A stretch of DNA of 64,000 nt from Tubiluchus corallicola. Its lineage: Eukaryota; Animalia; Priapulida. The notes under the pieces were generated by a model. The model searched no databases, was not told the DNA's origin, and saw only the letters and a list, made by a program, of their open reading frames with translations. The translations under genes were made by a program, and so were the position numbers. Below are positions 39,747-54,000 of this stretch, piece after piece (position 1 is the stretch's first letter; each line of letters begins with the position of its first letter). The DNA is taken from contig JAQGDQ010002372.1 in the NCBI GenBank assembly GCA_030141605.1, positions 744,001 through 808,000 on the forward strand. Reading direction: 5' to 3'.

Positions 39747-42681
39747 TGTCTGCAAAAACCAACAAAAAACATTTACTGATTTAGCCATTATTTTTGATCA
39801 ATAGATGCTTTTGCCAATACAATTCTCAAATTGACATTTTCAAAATCGTATCATCTTCAGTGAACAAATTACATTCTTTTAGTTGGCAGTAATGCCGTCA
39901 CAAGAATTGATCAGAAGCTAATTAATGTTGTCGCTGGACTGAAAATTATATTTGAGCACCAATGCATCAAAAACTGTGCTTTTCACAACACCTTTCTGAT
40001 AACTCCTTGTGTGTGAATTCAGTAATGAAGGCAATTTGCATATTGAAAGCATAATAATAATGTGAATAATCACGTTCCTCCACTCTACAACGAATTTGTG
40101 AGGCTCGTTATAGTAAAATCACGCGGCTGCGAACATAAAGCTTCTTATGAACACACAAACTGCAAGCAGTATATATTCTTCTATACAAAGATACTACCTG
40201 TTTAAAATGTATAAGTGACAGAAAGCTGATTATCCAGTGCATTACAGTAGAAATTAGCTGACAAAACAACAAACATTTTTTTTATTTTCAGTCAGTACTT
40301 AAACTGTTCAGCTCATTGCACAACTGTTGACTGCCTTACAAAATTACTAAATTTTATGTATAATTTTGCACAGTGACAATGCATAATAGATAGGCAGCTG
40401 GTTATTTTAAATAAGCCATGTTAGGTCAAAGCTACAGTGTTTCATTTCATTCTAGGAGTTTTAGAAGTCCATACACATATTTTACCCAGATCTCATGGGT
40501 GACTGACGCAGATCAATATGAAATTTTCTGAACAGCAAAACATCTGCGTAACCCTTTATGTGTCACTGCTTATTACAACTCTTCTTCTTTGGCCATGTTT
40601 ACCTTCTTGGGCTTTGTAAATCAGGACTCTTGAAAAGCAGTCCCATCTATACAGCAGTTGAAAGTGTAACGTCTCTGAAAGCGTAAATCCAGATAAATTT
40701 GTATAATGGTTTTGGCCTTTTATTATTTTTAAATTAAGAACGTAGGTTGACGGTAATAGACGTTCCTATAGTTTGACTTTTGTGATATCGTAGTTTTATT
40801 TTCAGTGATATCTGTTTTTGAGATAGCTGCAGTATCGATAAAGAAACCTCAATTAGACAGATATTTAAAAGCAGAGAAATTCAGGCACGTTTGTTTTTAC
40901 CAAGCTTTCATCCAACTATATACGAACGCAATATTTCTAAATTACTTCTCAAACTTTGATGTTATTCTCGTACGCATCTATTTACTGACTTGATTAAGAC
41001 AGCAAAAGTTCTCCGAAATTCTGAGTGGCTTTTGTTATTGCAGGCTTAGTTTGCATTGTTTCTGAAATAGCTTTTAAAAGTCTGTGAATTGTGCCCTTTT
41101 AGTATCAAAGTATGTTGTATTAGGACCTATAAATACGTGGTAGATTCTGAGCCAAATTGAGGAATATCTGTGACATCTTACACTCACAAAATCTTGCTTT
41201 AAAAATAATATTTTGTAGACAATCAATAATTTTCCTCATGATCTGGACGTTCTTCTTAGTTACATATACCAAGTACTTTTATTCTGATATAATGATATTT
41301 TATGTGGTTAATTAGTGATTGTTATGAGTCATTTATCATTAATTACTTGATCAAAAAATCACATCTAAGATTCATTGAAGTGGCAAACTTTATTTTAATT
41401 TATTTAATATGGTGTTTACGTTCAAATAACTGGGAATTTAAGTGTGAGTCTGTGCCGTGTGAAACTCTCGGTAGTCTGACTTGCGTTGATAAAACCATTT
41501 GAAAATCTGTCATGCCTAATATGATATCATTATGTTAGTGAAGTTACTGACCATTTTGCTCACAACTTCCTTAAACTGAAAAATACTGTAGCACCATCGT
41601 TATTAAGGACTGAACTTTTTATCACACTGCTATTGGCTTATTGGCAAAACCGATATCAATCAAAATTATGCTGCTTTAAATGGCTCAATATCCTTGTATT
41701 TCTCATTGCTATTTTTTCTTCTGTCTTGCTAAAAGCTTCAGTTGCATTCTTCTTTCACTCTGATTCTGATGCGACACCCGCCGTTAAATTATATTGTCTC
41801 GGCTGGCGAACTATCGTTATGAATTTCATAAAGGCACCGGCGAAATTTCGCTCTACAGTCGCTAGCTTGATTTGCAGCTGACACACGAAAATGAAATCTC
41901 CTTTGCTGACAAATTAAAACGCGTTTCTATTATGCCGTAGGTAACTGACACTGCGCATCTCAGTAGCTTCAGCTGCATTGTGAAACTAGGCTCAATTTAT
42001 GTGGCAGTTAATTAGCTTTCACGAATTTTTCCCAATAGAAAACGCATAGGAAACACAAAGCCCGATATTCTGGCTTCTAATTAGAAATTGTTTATTGCTC
42101 ACTTTAATAGGAATGAGAGTCTGTAAATTACTCACTGGTGAGCTCTACTGCTAACTGTTATTAAAGCTGGTTGTAATACAAATAAGCTCAGTTCAATCTG
42201 TGTCGCGGTAATTACCCTTGGATGACCATTGGCTTGTCCTTGTTAGGTCGACTAAATTGTCTGCACAAGGTGGATCAATATAGTAAATTCACATTGACCC
42301 CAATTTATCGTCTGTTGTACAGGAAGCCAGCCTGCTAGTACTTTGACTGGTTTCAGTTTAATGTCAATACTGTTTTGAAATGGCTTCACTTCCTTCTTTC
42401 TATTTGTCCTCCGAACTGGCATGCGCCTGAAAATTCTCTCTGATCTCAAAAACGTTGCGGATTGGCAGAATGAATTGTTTAGATTATACATATGATATAC
42501 TCTGCAGAGCATGGAGCTCAACTGAACAGACGACATTGCTGAAATTGTCTTTCTTTTCAGTCCATTAAACCGTTCGATAACCAATTGTTTTCAATACGTA
42601 AACGATTCAATTTAATACCCATTTTTCTGCGAATTTTAGTACTTACAAAACGAATTTTTAGTAGCTTCGCTATGCTTGAAA

Positions 42682-42760
42682 GCAGGGCCAGCTATACCAC
42701 TAGGGAAATTAGGCACTTGCCCAGGATGCCAAATTTTTTGGGGCGCCAAATTCTGGAAGT
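42682..42760 (+). mobile_element. hAT-like element left end
   Basis: CAGGGCCAGC...TAGGCACTTGCCCAGG...GGGGCGCCAAATT; a similar end is at 27039. Confidence 0.4.
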
Positions 42761-43924
42761 AATTCTTAAATTTTTTAGATTAGTTTTAGCATAAGTAATT
42801 GTATATATTATACTAATGTACTATACTATACTAATATTATACTAATATAACATAGTGTGTGTATAACATAAATGCACAACGTTTTAACTTGCTGAAACAA
42901 ACTGCTTGTGTTATACTCCTGTCGAAATATATAGACGCCAATATGAACTTGTCTTCTTGCAGCAAAATACTTTCCATTTTTGCTTTACCTGCCTTCTTAA
43001 GATTACATTATTCAACGTTTTATTGTAGACACCATTAGCATGTTAACCCGCTTTTGCGTACAGTGTACATTGTACGCATACTGTGTGGCAGCAGAGAAAG
43101 TAACGACTCTTCATTTTATAAAAAAATTTCTTGCAAAAGCGCATCTAATTATGACAAATAAATCTATAAAAATAGAAGCTTTCAGGGCCATAATACGGGA
43201 AAAACAAGGTAAAAAAGCTGGTGAACATTGAACGGCAAAAGATTCGTCAAAGAACTATTTGCAATCAGACAGAGTTATGGCTGTGAAGATGATGAAACTA
43301 GTAATTTGGTGTATGAAAAAGAAGTTATTGTTTCAAAAATTTTCTGGTGAAAAGATCGAGCGCATAGTCAAGAGTATGTACACGAACAATATGCAGCAGA
43401 AATTGCAATGGACTCATAAATTCAACTTGAAATGAAATCGACACAAGCTGTAGATAGATAATTGACTACAGTTAATTAGTACACTTAGTAAACTAGCTAT
43501 TGGACAAAAAGCTGCGCATTCAATTTCTCGTTTTGTTATCGTCATTTGATGTATTTTAAGATTATTAATGGTTATCTGTAAATTAATTTCTCGGGTAAAG
43601 CAGCCATGATGTTCGGGACAGGGTGCTTAGTCCCGTATCTTCGTTGATGGGACACACACTCAGACTGAATGTAACTTACCTAATATAGATAATTAACACA
43701 CTTTGCATGAATGTAAATGACATATATTACGAAAAAATAAGATGATCTGAATTTGGTCCATGGTACAAGGGTGCCGATGACGTCGTCACTGCCCCTGGCG
43801 TACAACTTAGACACAAAATTCTTGTAGCAAATGGCCGATTTCTTATTGGTCCATAATACATTTCGTAACATTTTGTGGCTTCGCTTGCAAGTTAGGTACA
43901 AATAATTTATTTTGCGAACTGGCT

Positions 43925-44565
43925 AAAGGGTACTGATGACGTAATTTGGTCACTTCGTGTGTTCCTAGATCATATCATTAATCATTTTACCAAATGAAAG
44001 CGCACATAACACTTCCTGTTCGTCCCTGCTAATAGTAGCGAAGAGTCTATCTGTGATCATTTTTAAGTTATAAGCCTCCAAAGTGCATGTTCCTAAGCAC
44101 AATTTCGTGACCTTTTAGTGTCCTGGGACAGTAAGCCAAAATGCAAAATTTTATAAAAATGCCCAAAAACGCTATTAAAATGGTTCAAAGAAACTTTCCT
44201 AAACGTTTGGCAGCTGTATCCAGTCAGTTCTCTTTTTTCAGCTAATAGACCAGACTATTGATTTTGTGAAATGGATAGAGGGGTACCAATGATGTAATTT
44301 GGCCATTTCGAGTGTTCCAATGTCACTAATCGTACTACCAAAAGAAAGCCCACATTTAAGTTCCTATTCGCCCCTAATAGTACATAAGTGTCTATCTGTA
44401 AACGTTTTGGAATTATAAGCCTCCAAAGTGGACTATTTCGTGACCTTTTAGTATCACGGGACAGCGGGCCGAAGTGCAAAATTTTATTAAGATCGCCAAA
44501 ACGCCGTTAGAATGACCTAAAGAATCATTCCTGAAAGTTTGGTAGCTGTGTCTGGTCAGTCTCCA
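43925..44565. repeat. Two diverged ~350-bp tandem copies, probably TE-internal
   Basis: Shared blocks AGGGGTAC..ATGA(C/T)GTAATTTGG, CTAATAGTA, TATAAGCCTCCAAAGTG, TTTCGTGACCTTTTAGT, GCAAAATTTTAT and GTTTGG(C/T)AGCTGT, starting at ~43927 and ~44279. Confidence 0.8.
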
Positions 44566-47500
44566 TTTCGTTAAAATTTGGCCTTAACAGATCAGACTAA
44601 AAGTTGTTTTAGTAAGTTAGAACGCATTTATCCTATTAGAAGAAGCTAAGATCGATTAAACTGTTTGGTCTAAACCTAGAGCATTGAACATAATTCAAAG
44701 AGCCAAGAAGTGTTTCTGTAAATCCATGTCTTTAGAAGTGGTTACTTGATCATTTCTTGTCAAAGAGGCATTACATCTTTGCGAAAAATATTGGTTTAGC
44801 ATTGTGTTCAAATGGCGGCCTATGTGACTTGAGCTAACACACGGCTTGATTGCAAAATTAAAACTCTGCATATTTAGAAATTTTATCTTCCAAAATAGTT
44901 TAAAATAGTACAATTAAAGTTTTTAAAAATTTGCAATAAATCGCAAACTAATAATACAAGAAAACAGCTTATTGGTAAGTGTTAAAATTAAAAGTATGCT
45001 AAATATAAAATTACCTAGAAATGAGTGATATAGTAATTGACAATTTTGAATGAAGGCGGTAAAATTAATCGATGTACTTAAAACCTGTAATCCACCCATT
45101 TGCAATGTGTCTTGAATACATGTATAGGGTATAGGCATTGGGTAAATTGATCGAACAAAGAAAATCAATGAAGTTATGAAATGAACGAAAAAGAGCTAGG
45201 ACGTGTCCTGATTTTCAGTCTATAGTATAAGTACAAAAGTTCTCAATGCTTTCTTCTAACATCTGTTCCTTTATCATTGCTTTGATATTTCTCTTTCTCC
45301 TTTCGACTTTCTTTCTCTCGTCTTTTAACTGATGTCGCTTCTTAGTCGCTCTCACACTCCATACTACCCATTGTTTTACAGTTTCTATTTTCGTCACCCT
45401 TCCAGACTATCCTTTGCATTTGCAAGATTTGCATCTGAATATCAGAAGTGATGCAGCTGGTGGCATCTTGCAACACAAGAAATCGTATGCTTATTGCCTC
45501 AGATAAATCTAATTTTTCAGTAACAGACAAAAATGTAAATTTGCCGAATGTCAGTAGAATCATAAAAGCTAAGTTTTTATACGCTATTTTGAAGATTATA
45601 GCCTTTGACTATACTTTCCTGCAATACAAAATCAAGTTTCACTCAACAAATTAAATTGGAACATATTAACAGATGTTAACAAAAATTTTAAGCAAAGAGT
45701 CATTTAAACAATGCAGCAACACTTCTTTTTCATTCAGTGAAATTTGTTATGACTATGAACGAACTAATAACAGTAACGTGTGCCGTGGTAGTAATAAATT
45801 CAGCGCACTTATTATTTTCGAAACATTTTCGACATGTTATTCGCCAGATTACGTTTATCCGAAAAGCTAGTTTTCATGGCAATAGTTTGTATTTTCCACA
45901 CTGATAACTATACAGTTTTCAACTCTTGAAATTGGTAGAATACTGATTGAAGAAGTGAAAAGCTTTATCAGCGTCTACGTTTAAGACTTTCCCCATGGGA
46001 TGGCAAAATTGTCGAATATCATATGAAAGGTAAATGAAAAATAATATGTGGTCGTATTGATTTCCTCTCCCCATATATTACTTACGTTAGTGATTCCCTC
46101 GAACTGAGTCTACTAAGACTGTGCGTCCAAACAACGTAATCGTACACCAAGCCATCTCACAGCTTATTCTCACAGAAGATTGTCGATAAACACATAATAG
46201 TTTGGTCAGGTTATCAGGTGGCTGCTCTTACTATATTTATTCCTCTGTATCTATATTCTACACTTCATGAATAAATCAGCGCGTGGTTGATGCATCTCAC
46301 TTAGGATGTATATTGAGAATTGTAGTCAGATAGTGTTGATCAATGAAACAAGAGTATCAACACATCTACAGTAGCAATGAACCCACCAAATAAAGCCAAT
46401 ATTATGACTGTTTTTTGTCTTGCTTGTCTTTTTCTGCATATTATTTCCTGTATTGAATTGTATTATTTTTGCAGTCTTCTTAAACTATTTACATTGCCGT
46501 CTTTCTTCTCTTCCCGCTGCATCTATTTGCACTTCCCTTCCCTTTCTCTCTCCCTTAAACGCGTGGATGTACTGATCATTAATACTGTCCTTAAAAATAG
46601 CCTATAAAATAAAGTTGAGCGGCTGAGTGAAAATAGCCTGATTCCAATCTGCCCTTTTAAAGGTTAGCACTAACAGCAACCCATGAAATCGTGCGTTGAG
46701 TTCAATTTGGCAGGATCGACTGTTCACATGTGATTTACGCATCTGAACTGCTCGGTGTATTGATGATTGGACTTTCTCAGTAATCCGATGCTTGAGGCAA
46801 GAAAAGAACATCGACGTAGAGTTAGATTGTGTGCCTAAGCATCCTGTTTTCTGCGTTTGCCCGAAGCACCGTCTAGCATAAATTATCGACGTTACTCACT
46901 CGTGAATGTTATGCAAATGAACATTGTATGGAAGACGTCACTCATATATTTGCTAACTGTATAGCCTCGTTATTGGTTTGTAAATAATGCAGCGTGAAGC
47001 CACTTAATTAAACTGCATTGTGAGGCATAACAGGTGACCTTTCACTTTCAGGTCAAGGGCATTAAAATCAACCAATTAGCCGTTGCCTTACTGAATTTTT
47101 TATTTGTCTACATAGAAAAGCTAACTTGTTACACATTTTATCGTCAGTTTTCCTATTGAAATTGCTTAAAATTTAGAATTTCATGTGCCTCCCATTTTCT
47201 TATCGTAACCTTATTTGACTAATGTATGACGGTTCAGTGTAAACTATAATCCCATCTGATCTACATAGGCTAAGCTCCAGGGATTTGGGCCACAACTGGC
47301 TGATGTTCAATTACCGTCCTTAATTGGCATCTCGGAAGCACAAGAGTATTTCAAAGCTTACAAATACCATTAAAGCCGCTTGCCGCGGCTCCGAAAGTAC
47401 GTCATTACAAATGCTCAAACTATCTTTGGTCGCCTTTTGATAATTTACTCGCGCCTGCTTTTTTTTTACTTGGGCGAATACAACATACAATAATTATGGA

Positions 47501-50500
47501 AATTGATAGTAGTATTCTAGTACTAGTAGGCTAATTTTTATACAAAGATATCTTAATGTGGTGTCTGCAGAAAAAGTTACCCTTGCAGCAACTAAGGCAA
47601 CTCTGAAAGTATCAGTCAAGTTAGTGTCAACAACGTAAAGTTTTTTCATGGAATTTTTGCATGGCAGCTAGGATACTGGTACCACATTTTTCGTTTTGAA
47701 CAGTTTAAACGTCAGCAACAATTGAAATTTTTCGTTTTCGTACAAGTCCTTCATGTCTGACAGCATATTACAAACCTTATTAGGCAACCGTAAATGCGGA
47801 AATAAGTTCAGATACGCTCTTAACACTGCTCAAGACGTGTCCACACTTTGACTTTTTGCAACAAACTGTAAATCTGGACGTATCGGATTTTTGAAGTCCA
47901 TCTCTTTCTAAACACTCATAATATCACGCAAAAACGTTTTCATGAAATTATGTGCCACGGACGGATGAATGGCGAATTATTAGGGTAACAACCCAGTGAA
48001 GGAAGCGTAATTTGGCGTAATGTGGAGAGTTGCTGCTTATTGCCTATATTTTTGCGTTTCAATAGCGTATTGGCCGAGACACTCGCAGCCTGAGGTGAAT
48101 CTTGGGTGAGGGCGAACATTCTCGAAAAATAAAAAAACAAGCCTCCATAAATTCAGATTCAAATCCTTAAGCATGAGAGTGTGTAGAAGTGCAAATTATT
48201 AGATTATTATGCTCGTGGTTGATTGACCGACAGTATGCACGGTGCTTGTGACTAATTATCACTTGACTTGGCCTGGCCACTGCAGTTTACTCATCTGTGA
48301 GGAGTTTGCAATTTGCGGTAAGTTTCACATTCTGGTTCCGTTCTTAGGTTTTTAAGCAACCCTTGCTTTTTAACCGTACTATTGTAAGAAGATTTTGATT
48401 CTTACCCCAGGTGAGTAACAGGTTGCAGGTTTTGTAACCCTGTCCCTCTAATTTTGCGAGTTAATATAAATTAAAAATGGATGTCTAACATAAATAAAAG
48501 TAATCAATGTACAGGTTCCCTTAGATCCCGCTGCTCGCGTATAATAATTTCTAACATTCACTGTTTTAATTTAAATGGCAACATACACACATTAAATACA
48601 CGTTTTAACAGCTTAAGTAAATGAATGTAGTTAACGTTAAAGTTTTGATTTCTATGCTTAATAAGTGCCGTGGAACACTTTCAACAAAGTTGATTTCTAA
48701 GTTTTCAAATACATTTTGTTTCATTGCGATTGAAGTTGATGATTAGCACACGAGTGGGCTGTAGTGTGACGACTCGTAGATGATGGTTAATCGTTCAAAA
48801 TTCCTATATGTGTAATCTAAATTTTTTTATTTAATTTCAACATATATACCGTTTTAAATCGTGTTTAGTTAAATGATTTTTATTGGCCATCTGTAAAAAT
48901 GGTAGCAGAGTTGAATTGTATGTCAGTGCACAGAAAAGACCAAAAATTTAATGTGATCTGCAATGAAGCAAATTAACTAGAGTATTTATTAAAACTAGTA
49001 CGTATAGTGAACGGGATTCTGTAGACGAATAATAGTAAATGAAATTATAATCATCTGCATGAATTTATTTGCGTGAACTCAAAGTCTGACCATTTTGGTT
49101 TAGTAATACAACTACGTTTGGCCTGCAAGTGCTTTTCGAAATTTTGAAACCAGTTCGGCGATTTTAAGTGAAGTTATCTGTATCAACAATTGTCCTTAAA
49201 TGTTCTGGAATGCAAATTTAATTTACATCTTAGCTTAATGACACATTTGTCAAAAATGACTATGGAGCTGCAGTTTTTTACCCTTTACATAGCGTTGCTG
49301 TGAAATTTCTGCGCAGGAAAAGCTCATGCTACATTCATGAGCTTTCTAGTGTAAATAAAAGCGTGTAAGGTGCCGCAATTACTTGCCAGTGCCCTGTACT
49401 CCAATGCAACAGCAAATAGTGAAAAACATGAAAATTACCCAGAGTAATGAAACTGGATGGACGGCGGAGTTTTCATGCTTTTCATTCATTGGTAAATGAT
49501 TTTGTATATATTACTGTACACTTGAATCGTCTTTTTCGATTGCACGTGGAAAAACTGTAAGTACACAAATGCACCCCAAAAGCGTAGTGATAAAGAAGTG
49601 TAAACCCATGTCGTAAAGGCAGTGCATCAGCATACCATGCCTCACATCCACTTATCATAACCCGTCAGGTAAACGCATATGCATGCTATTAGATAAAAAT
49701 AACACTGAAACTTTGCGTGATAATGTTAGTAAGGAATTGAGCATGTCATAAATGATTAATTAGCCAAGTCTCCAATCATGTTATTTGTGCTCTACACTGC
49801 TTTTGAAGTAAAAACAGTTATCGGCAGCAAACTTTGTATGTGTATTTTATACATGTATTTTATGCATTTTATAAATTATAACACTGCCACCCCTGTGATT
49901 ACATTTGTTGTTAAAGTTTTTTGTATGAGGAAAAAGTATAAATACTTTTTCATGAAAAAGTGTAAATAGCATTAAAATGTTGTTCAAATAAAAAAGCTTC
50001 AGTGTTTTGAAAACAATTTATGTCACGAATAACAGAGAAACTATAGCTTCTGATTAAAATCACGAAATTACATTATTGCTTGTGATCCAACTTGCGAATT
50101 TTTAATTTCCTTTATTAAAAAAATGAACAGTTTGACCAACAACAAGCTAACCGAATTAAACATTTAATAAATTTACGGACATTTTTGAAACGGTCACTAT
50201 AAAAAAGGATACGCCTACAGCCGTAGTGTGAACGCTAAAGTTTTAACTTTTGTAATAGTCGTAAAGTTAAAAGAATTAATTTATTAATCATCAGGTGAAT
50301 TTTCAAACCACCTGGTAAGTCTTCGGCATTGGCATAAACAAATGGCCTAATATTAGACAGTTTTCTTGTGCTAGAAATATTTATAATTCAAGTATGATTG
50401 TGCGCTTTTATTGATCTCACTGATTTTCACGCCTCAAGCGCCCTACTCTGGTAATAGTACACAGATATGAAAGCTTTTACCGGGCTACAGAAAGCATTCT

Positions 50501-50994
50501 AGATTTATTATCCTCCGTTGTAAAACAAGGAAAGGCTTTGCCGCTGTGGAAGGAACTTTATGATATAATTAGCAGCTCTTGCTCATTATTGCCGTGACAT
50601 GGTCATGACACTGAGCAAGGTGATGGTTGCACCACTAAAAATATTTTGCTCAGCTAATTTACCTACTGATAATCTGGAAAACAGACTTGGTGCTGACAAG
50701 TCAAGTACTTTTTTCATTTTCTTTTCATTTAGTTGGGAACTTTACCAAGGCCCAGTGTAATTAATTATGTGGCATAAGGGATCAACAACAGCTTGCATGA
50801 ATTACATGAATAATATACATGTATTTGCAACAAAATCAGTAGAACGTTTTTACTCTATTTGAGCCTTTTTCAGCTATATAGCTACCTTTTTTTCAGTTAC
50901 ATAGCTGAGCAAAGTATTGCCTTTAAATGACGTTACAAACCCACAGTTAATTAACGTTGATGCCAAACTTACAAAACAGGAAACGTGAAAAAGT

Positions 50995-51070
50995 TGGCAT
51001 GCAGTCTGAATTTGAACCAAGAGCATTCTGCTGAATATGCAGAGATGGCTTAGATCACTAGGTCATATTT
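50995..51070 (-). mobile_element. tRNA-derived SINE head relic
   Basis: Minus strand has A-box-like TGACCTAGTGATCTAAG and B-box GGTTCAAATTC. No intact cloverleaf. Confidence 0.4.
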
Positions 51071-54000
51071 ACAATGACATTTGCTTGCATGAGAATTGTG
51101 GGCACTACACCTGCCGATGGGAAAGAAAAATCGACGTGTGTAAAACCTCTGCATAAATATTCTGTCTAAATTGTTATAGCTAAGAAAGGCTATTATTTTG
51201 TTTTTTAAATTGCAGACCCTATACACGGCGACACTGAGTTACTACAAATGTGCCATTGTTGAACTTCAAAATTCATTTCCCAGTCTTTACAACATGAAAA
51301 TGTCGCGTAGGGCCCAGCACAAATGGCAGCTTTTCTTAGCATTTTAGATGGTTTTTGCATTCGTAGGCACGATTGCAGGTGTTTTACGGTTTCGTTGTCG
51401 AGAGTTGCTGTCATGGGATTTCTGCCATTTTGTGAACTGAATGCCAAGCATTGAAATATAAAATTTTCGTTTGCATTTATACTTGTTTGTAGAAGAAAAT
51501 TGGACGAGGTTTTCTACGTAGAGTTGTAGGCGGAAATCCGCCTACCGCTTCAAATGCCTGAATATCCTAACGCTCTGTTTGCTTTCCTGACATTTTCATG
51601 ATGACTGTGGTCACAGAGTTCAATTTTAAGTTGTGTGACCAACTTACTCACATCCCAAAGAAAAAACATCTTCTTGAATTATCTTTATTTTTAAAGGCAT
51701 TGGAAATAAATTTAGGCATATTTTCACATAACAGTTTAACTGATGCAAAGAAATTCGCATTTTTATTTATGTAATTTGGAATTGTTTGGGTGGGCGGCGG
51801 GGAAGGAGTAAAAATCGTGTAGCATGTAGGGTGTCGGCATGCTTTTTCTTTTATTGGCGTATCACGTATTTATCTGAGCACTGTTCAAAACAGTGAGAAT
51901 CCGCGAGAATTATTACAGCCGCAAATATTCATTTCTAAATTATCATCATTATTTAAAACTTCCACTGATCTCCCTGCTCATATATAATATGCCACTTGAA
52001 TTACGTATGATCTTTTCACATGGACTGTATAAGAATTTTCCCTTTTAACGCTACTCTAAGATCAAAGATGTAAGGTAATCCCCAGGTAATGTCATTTTGT
52101 GGGAAGGTAAAGTCTTTGGCTCTGGGCAATTCAATTCTAGGAATTTTTTATCTGAAAAACCTTTTGATTCAATCATCATCAAGACACAAGGGAATATCTT
52201 TAATCTCTTGTTGAGGCTATCCGCAAACATTTTTTCGTACAGCTGGGCAATTCATACAGTGGGAATACAGTACTTAACAACAGAGCCGATTTATAAATTT
52301 TAGTTTATTATCAAAAATAATCCTTGTAAATGAGATACAGAACTGAATACTGAACGTTCTTGCCACGTTTAGATACTATATTTTGCATACTCCCTGTACG
52401 AGATAAACAGGCGTGAGCAGCATGGCAAATGAAATCGGCCAGATGCAATCTACTGGGTTTCGCCCTTGTTAATGACCTGGCCAGGTATCCTTCACTTGCT
52501 CGCCGTGATCATTCAGCTGTTGCCTATTTAACTTGATGGTCTTGAAGTAAAATGTGTTTATATACGGCAATGTTTGCTTCGAAGTTCTTTTAATTAATTT
52601 CTAGTAGCTTACCAAATTTTATGGAAAAACTTCAGTCTAAACAGATACATAGTGGTTCCATCTTTTATAACTGAAATAACGCTTAAAATTTAATGTTATT
52701 TTTTTTGTCTTTTGTTAATTTTCTAAAAAGAAGTGCTTTATTTTTATTAACTGAAATTGACTAACATTTATTAATTATTTATTAACTGAAAATCGTGTAA
52801 AATTTTGAAATTATTTCGTAAGTGCCATTTTATACGCTTTCCAAGCCAATTGACTTGCAATGCCCAAGATGTTTTTTACATGAAGCGCATTGTATCTTCA
52901 TATTCAAACGTCATTAATCATGCTAATACCAGCTTCGCAGGCAAATTCACACGCGCCCTACATGTTTTCGACCATAGGATACATTGAGTATGACATATCA
53001 TACAGTCATACTATGTCAACTGCAAACATACGTGTACTGTGTAGGGATATGTGTCTCTAAGTTATCTCTATAGCAGACAGACAGATTGCGCTTGTAAGGG
53101 AAACTGGGGCTGCAGAAGAAGCGAATTCATACCAATGATCGCGTACATCTAACAAATTTTCTTAGAAAATCCATCGATTGTTATCCCCATGGGGCGGCTG
53201 ATTGAAAATTTGCCCCAAATAGCTTTTGTGTACGGCAGGATTATATAAATATTGGAACGGACTACAATTCATCGAAGAGTTGCCCATCAGAGAATTTCAG
53301 TAAGGCAAATTTGGCTTTTAGAAATGTGCCACAGGAAGCAAACATCAATATCTGACGTTTAAAACCACTTAAAAGTCGTCTGAGCCCAAAGTCCCATGGG
53401 TGAGCTGATCGATTCTCCAAATAAAAATGAAATACTTCAAACTTTGCAGTGAAGTCAGACTTAATCATAATTTGGCTAATAATTTTCTTAACGACATATT
53501 TTGCCTTCCAGCAATCAAATCAATTTGTCAATTTGGAAAAGTACAACCCGAGACGTATTTTCAACTCAGCTATAGTAACAGGGTTTGAAAACTTTCTATA
53601 CATTCTATAACTTTCAAATATTTTAATTTATTGTTTTTAATAAATAATAATCATTTATCATTTATAGCATAACGTAGTGGCAAAGCAAAGTACGAGGAAA
53701 ATATTACAAAAAAATTTACGTAGATGTTACAAGTAGTTTACACCCTCAAGAATTTGTCACTTCAATTGAAAATTGGTTTTCTTAATCAAACTTCGTTGAA
53801 AACAAAGCGCAATGTCACGTGTGTATAGTAATTCGAGATTCATTACGCGAAACTACGTTTCATGCCAATAAAATAATCTCATTTCGGAAATTTAAACAAT
53901 ATTTTCCTTAATGCCACCAGTATCCAAAATACTGTAAGCTACAAATGGGAAAAGTTTAATTAGTAATGTATTGTTCAATTTATTGTACTTAATTGGACTA

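Noticed and set aside
39747-39788. 14-aa N-terminal extension of the LRR ORF (878 aa in the track)
   Set aside because: It spans a polypyrimidine tract and CAG acceptor; the signal peptide follows the second Met.
43230-43350. YGCEDDETS-containing stretch as the missing last TPR exon
   Set aside because: No good in-frame acceptor, and it lies downstream of a hAT-like end, so it is more likely TE debris.
45215-45563. Two overlapping minus-strand ORFs with a charged coiled-coil-like peptide
   Set aside because: Frameshifted, no splice support and no recognisable family; possibly a transposase remnant.
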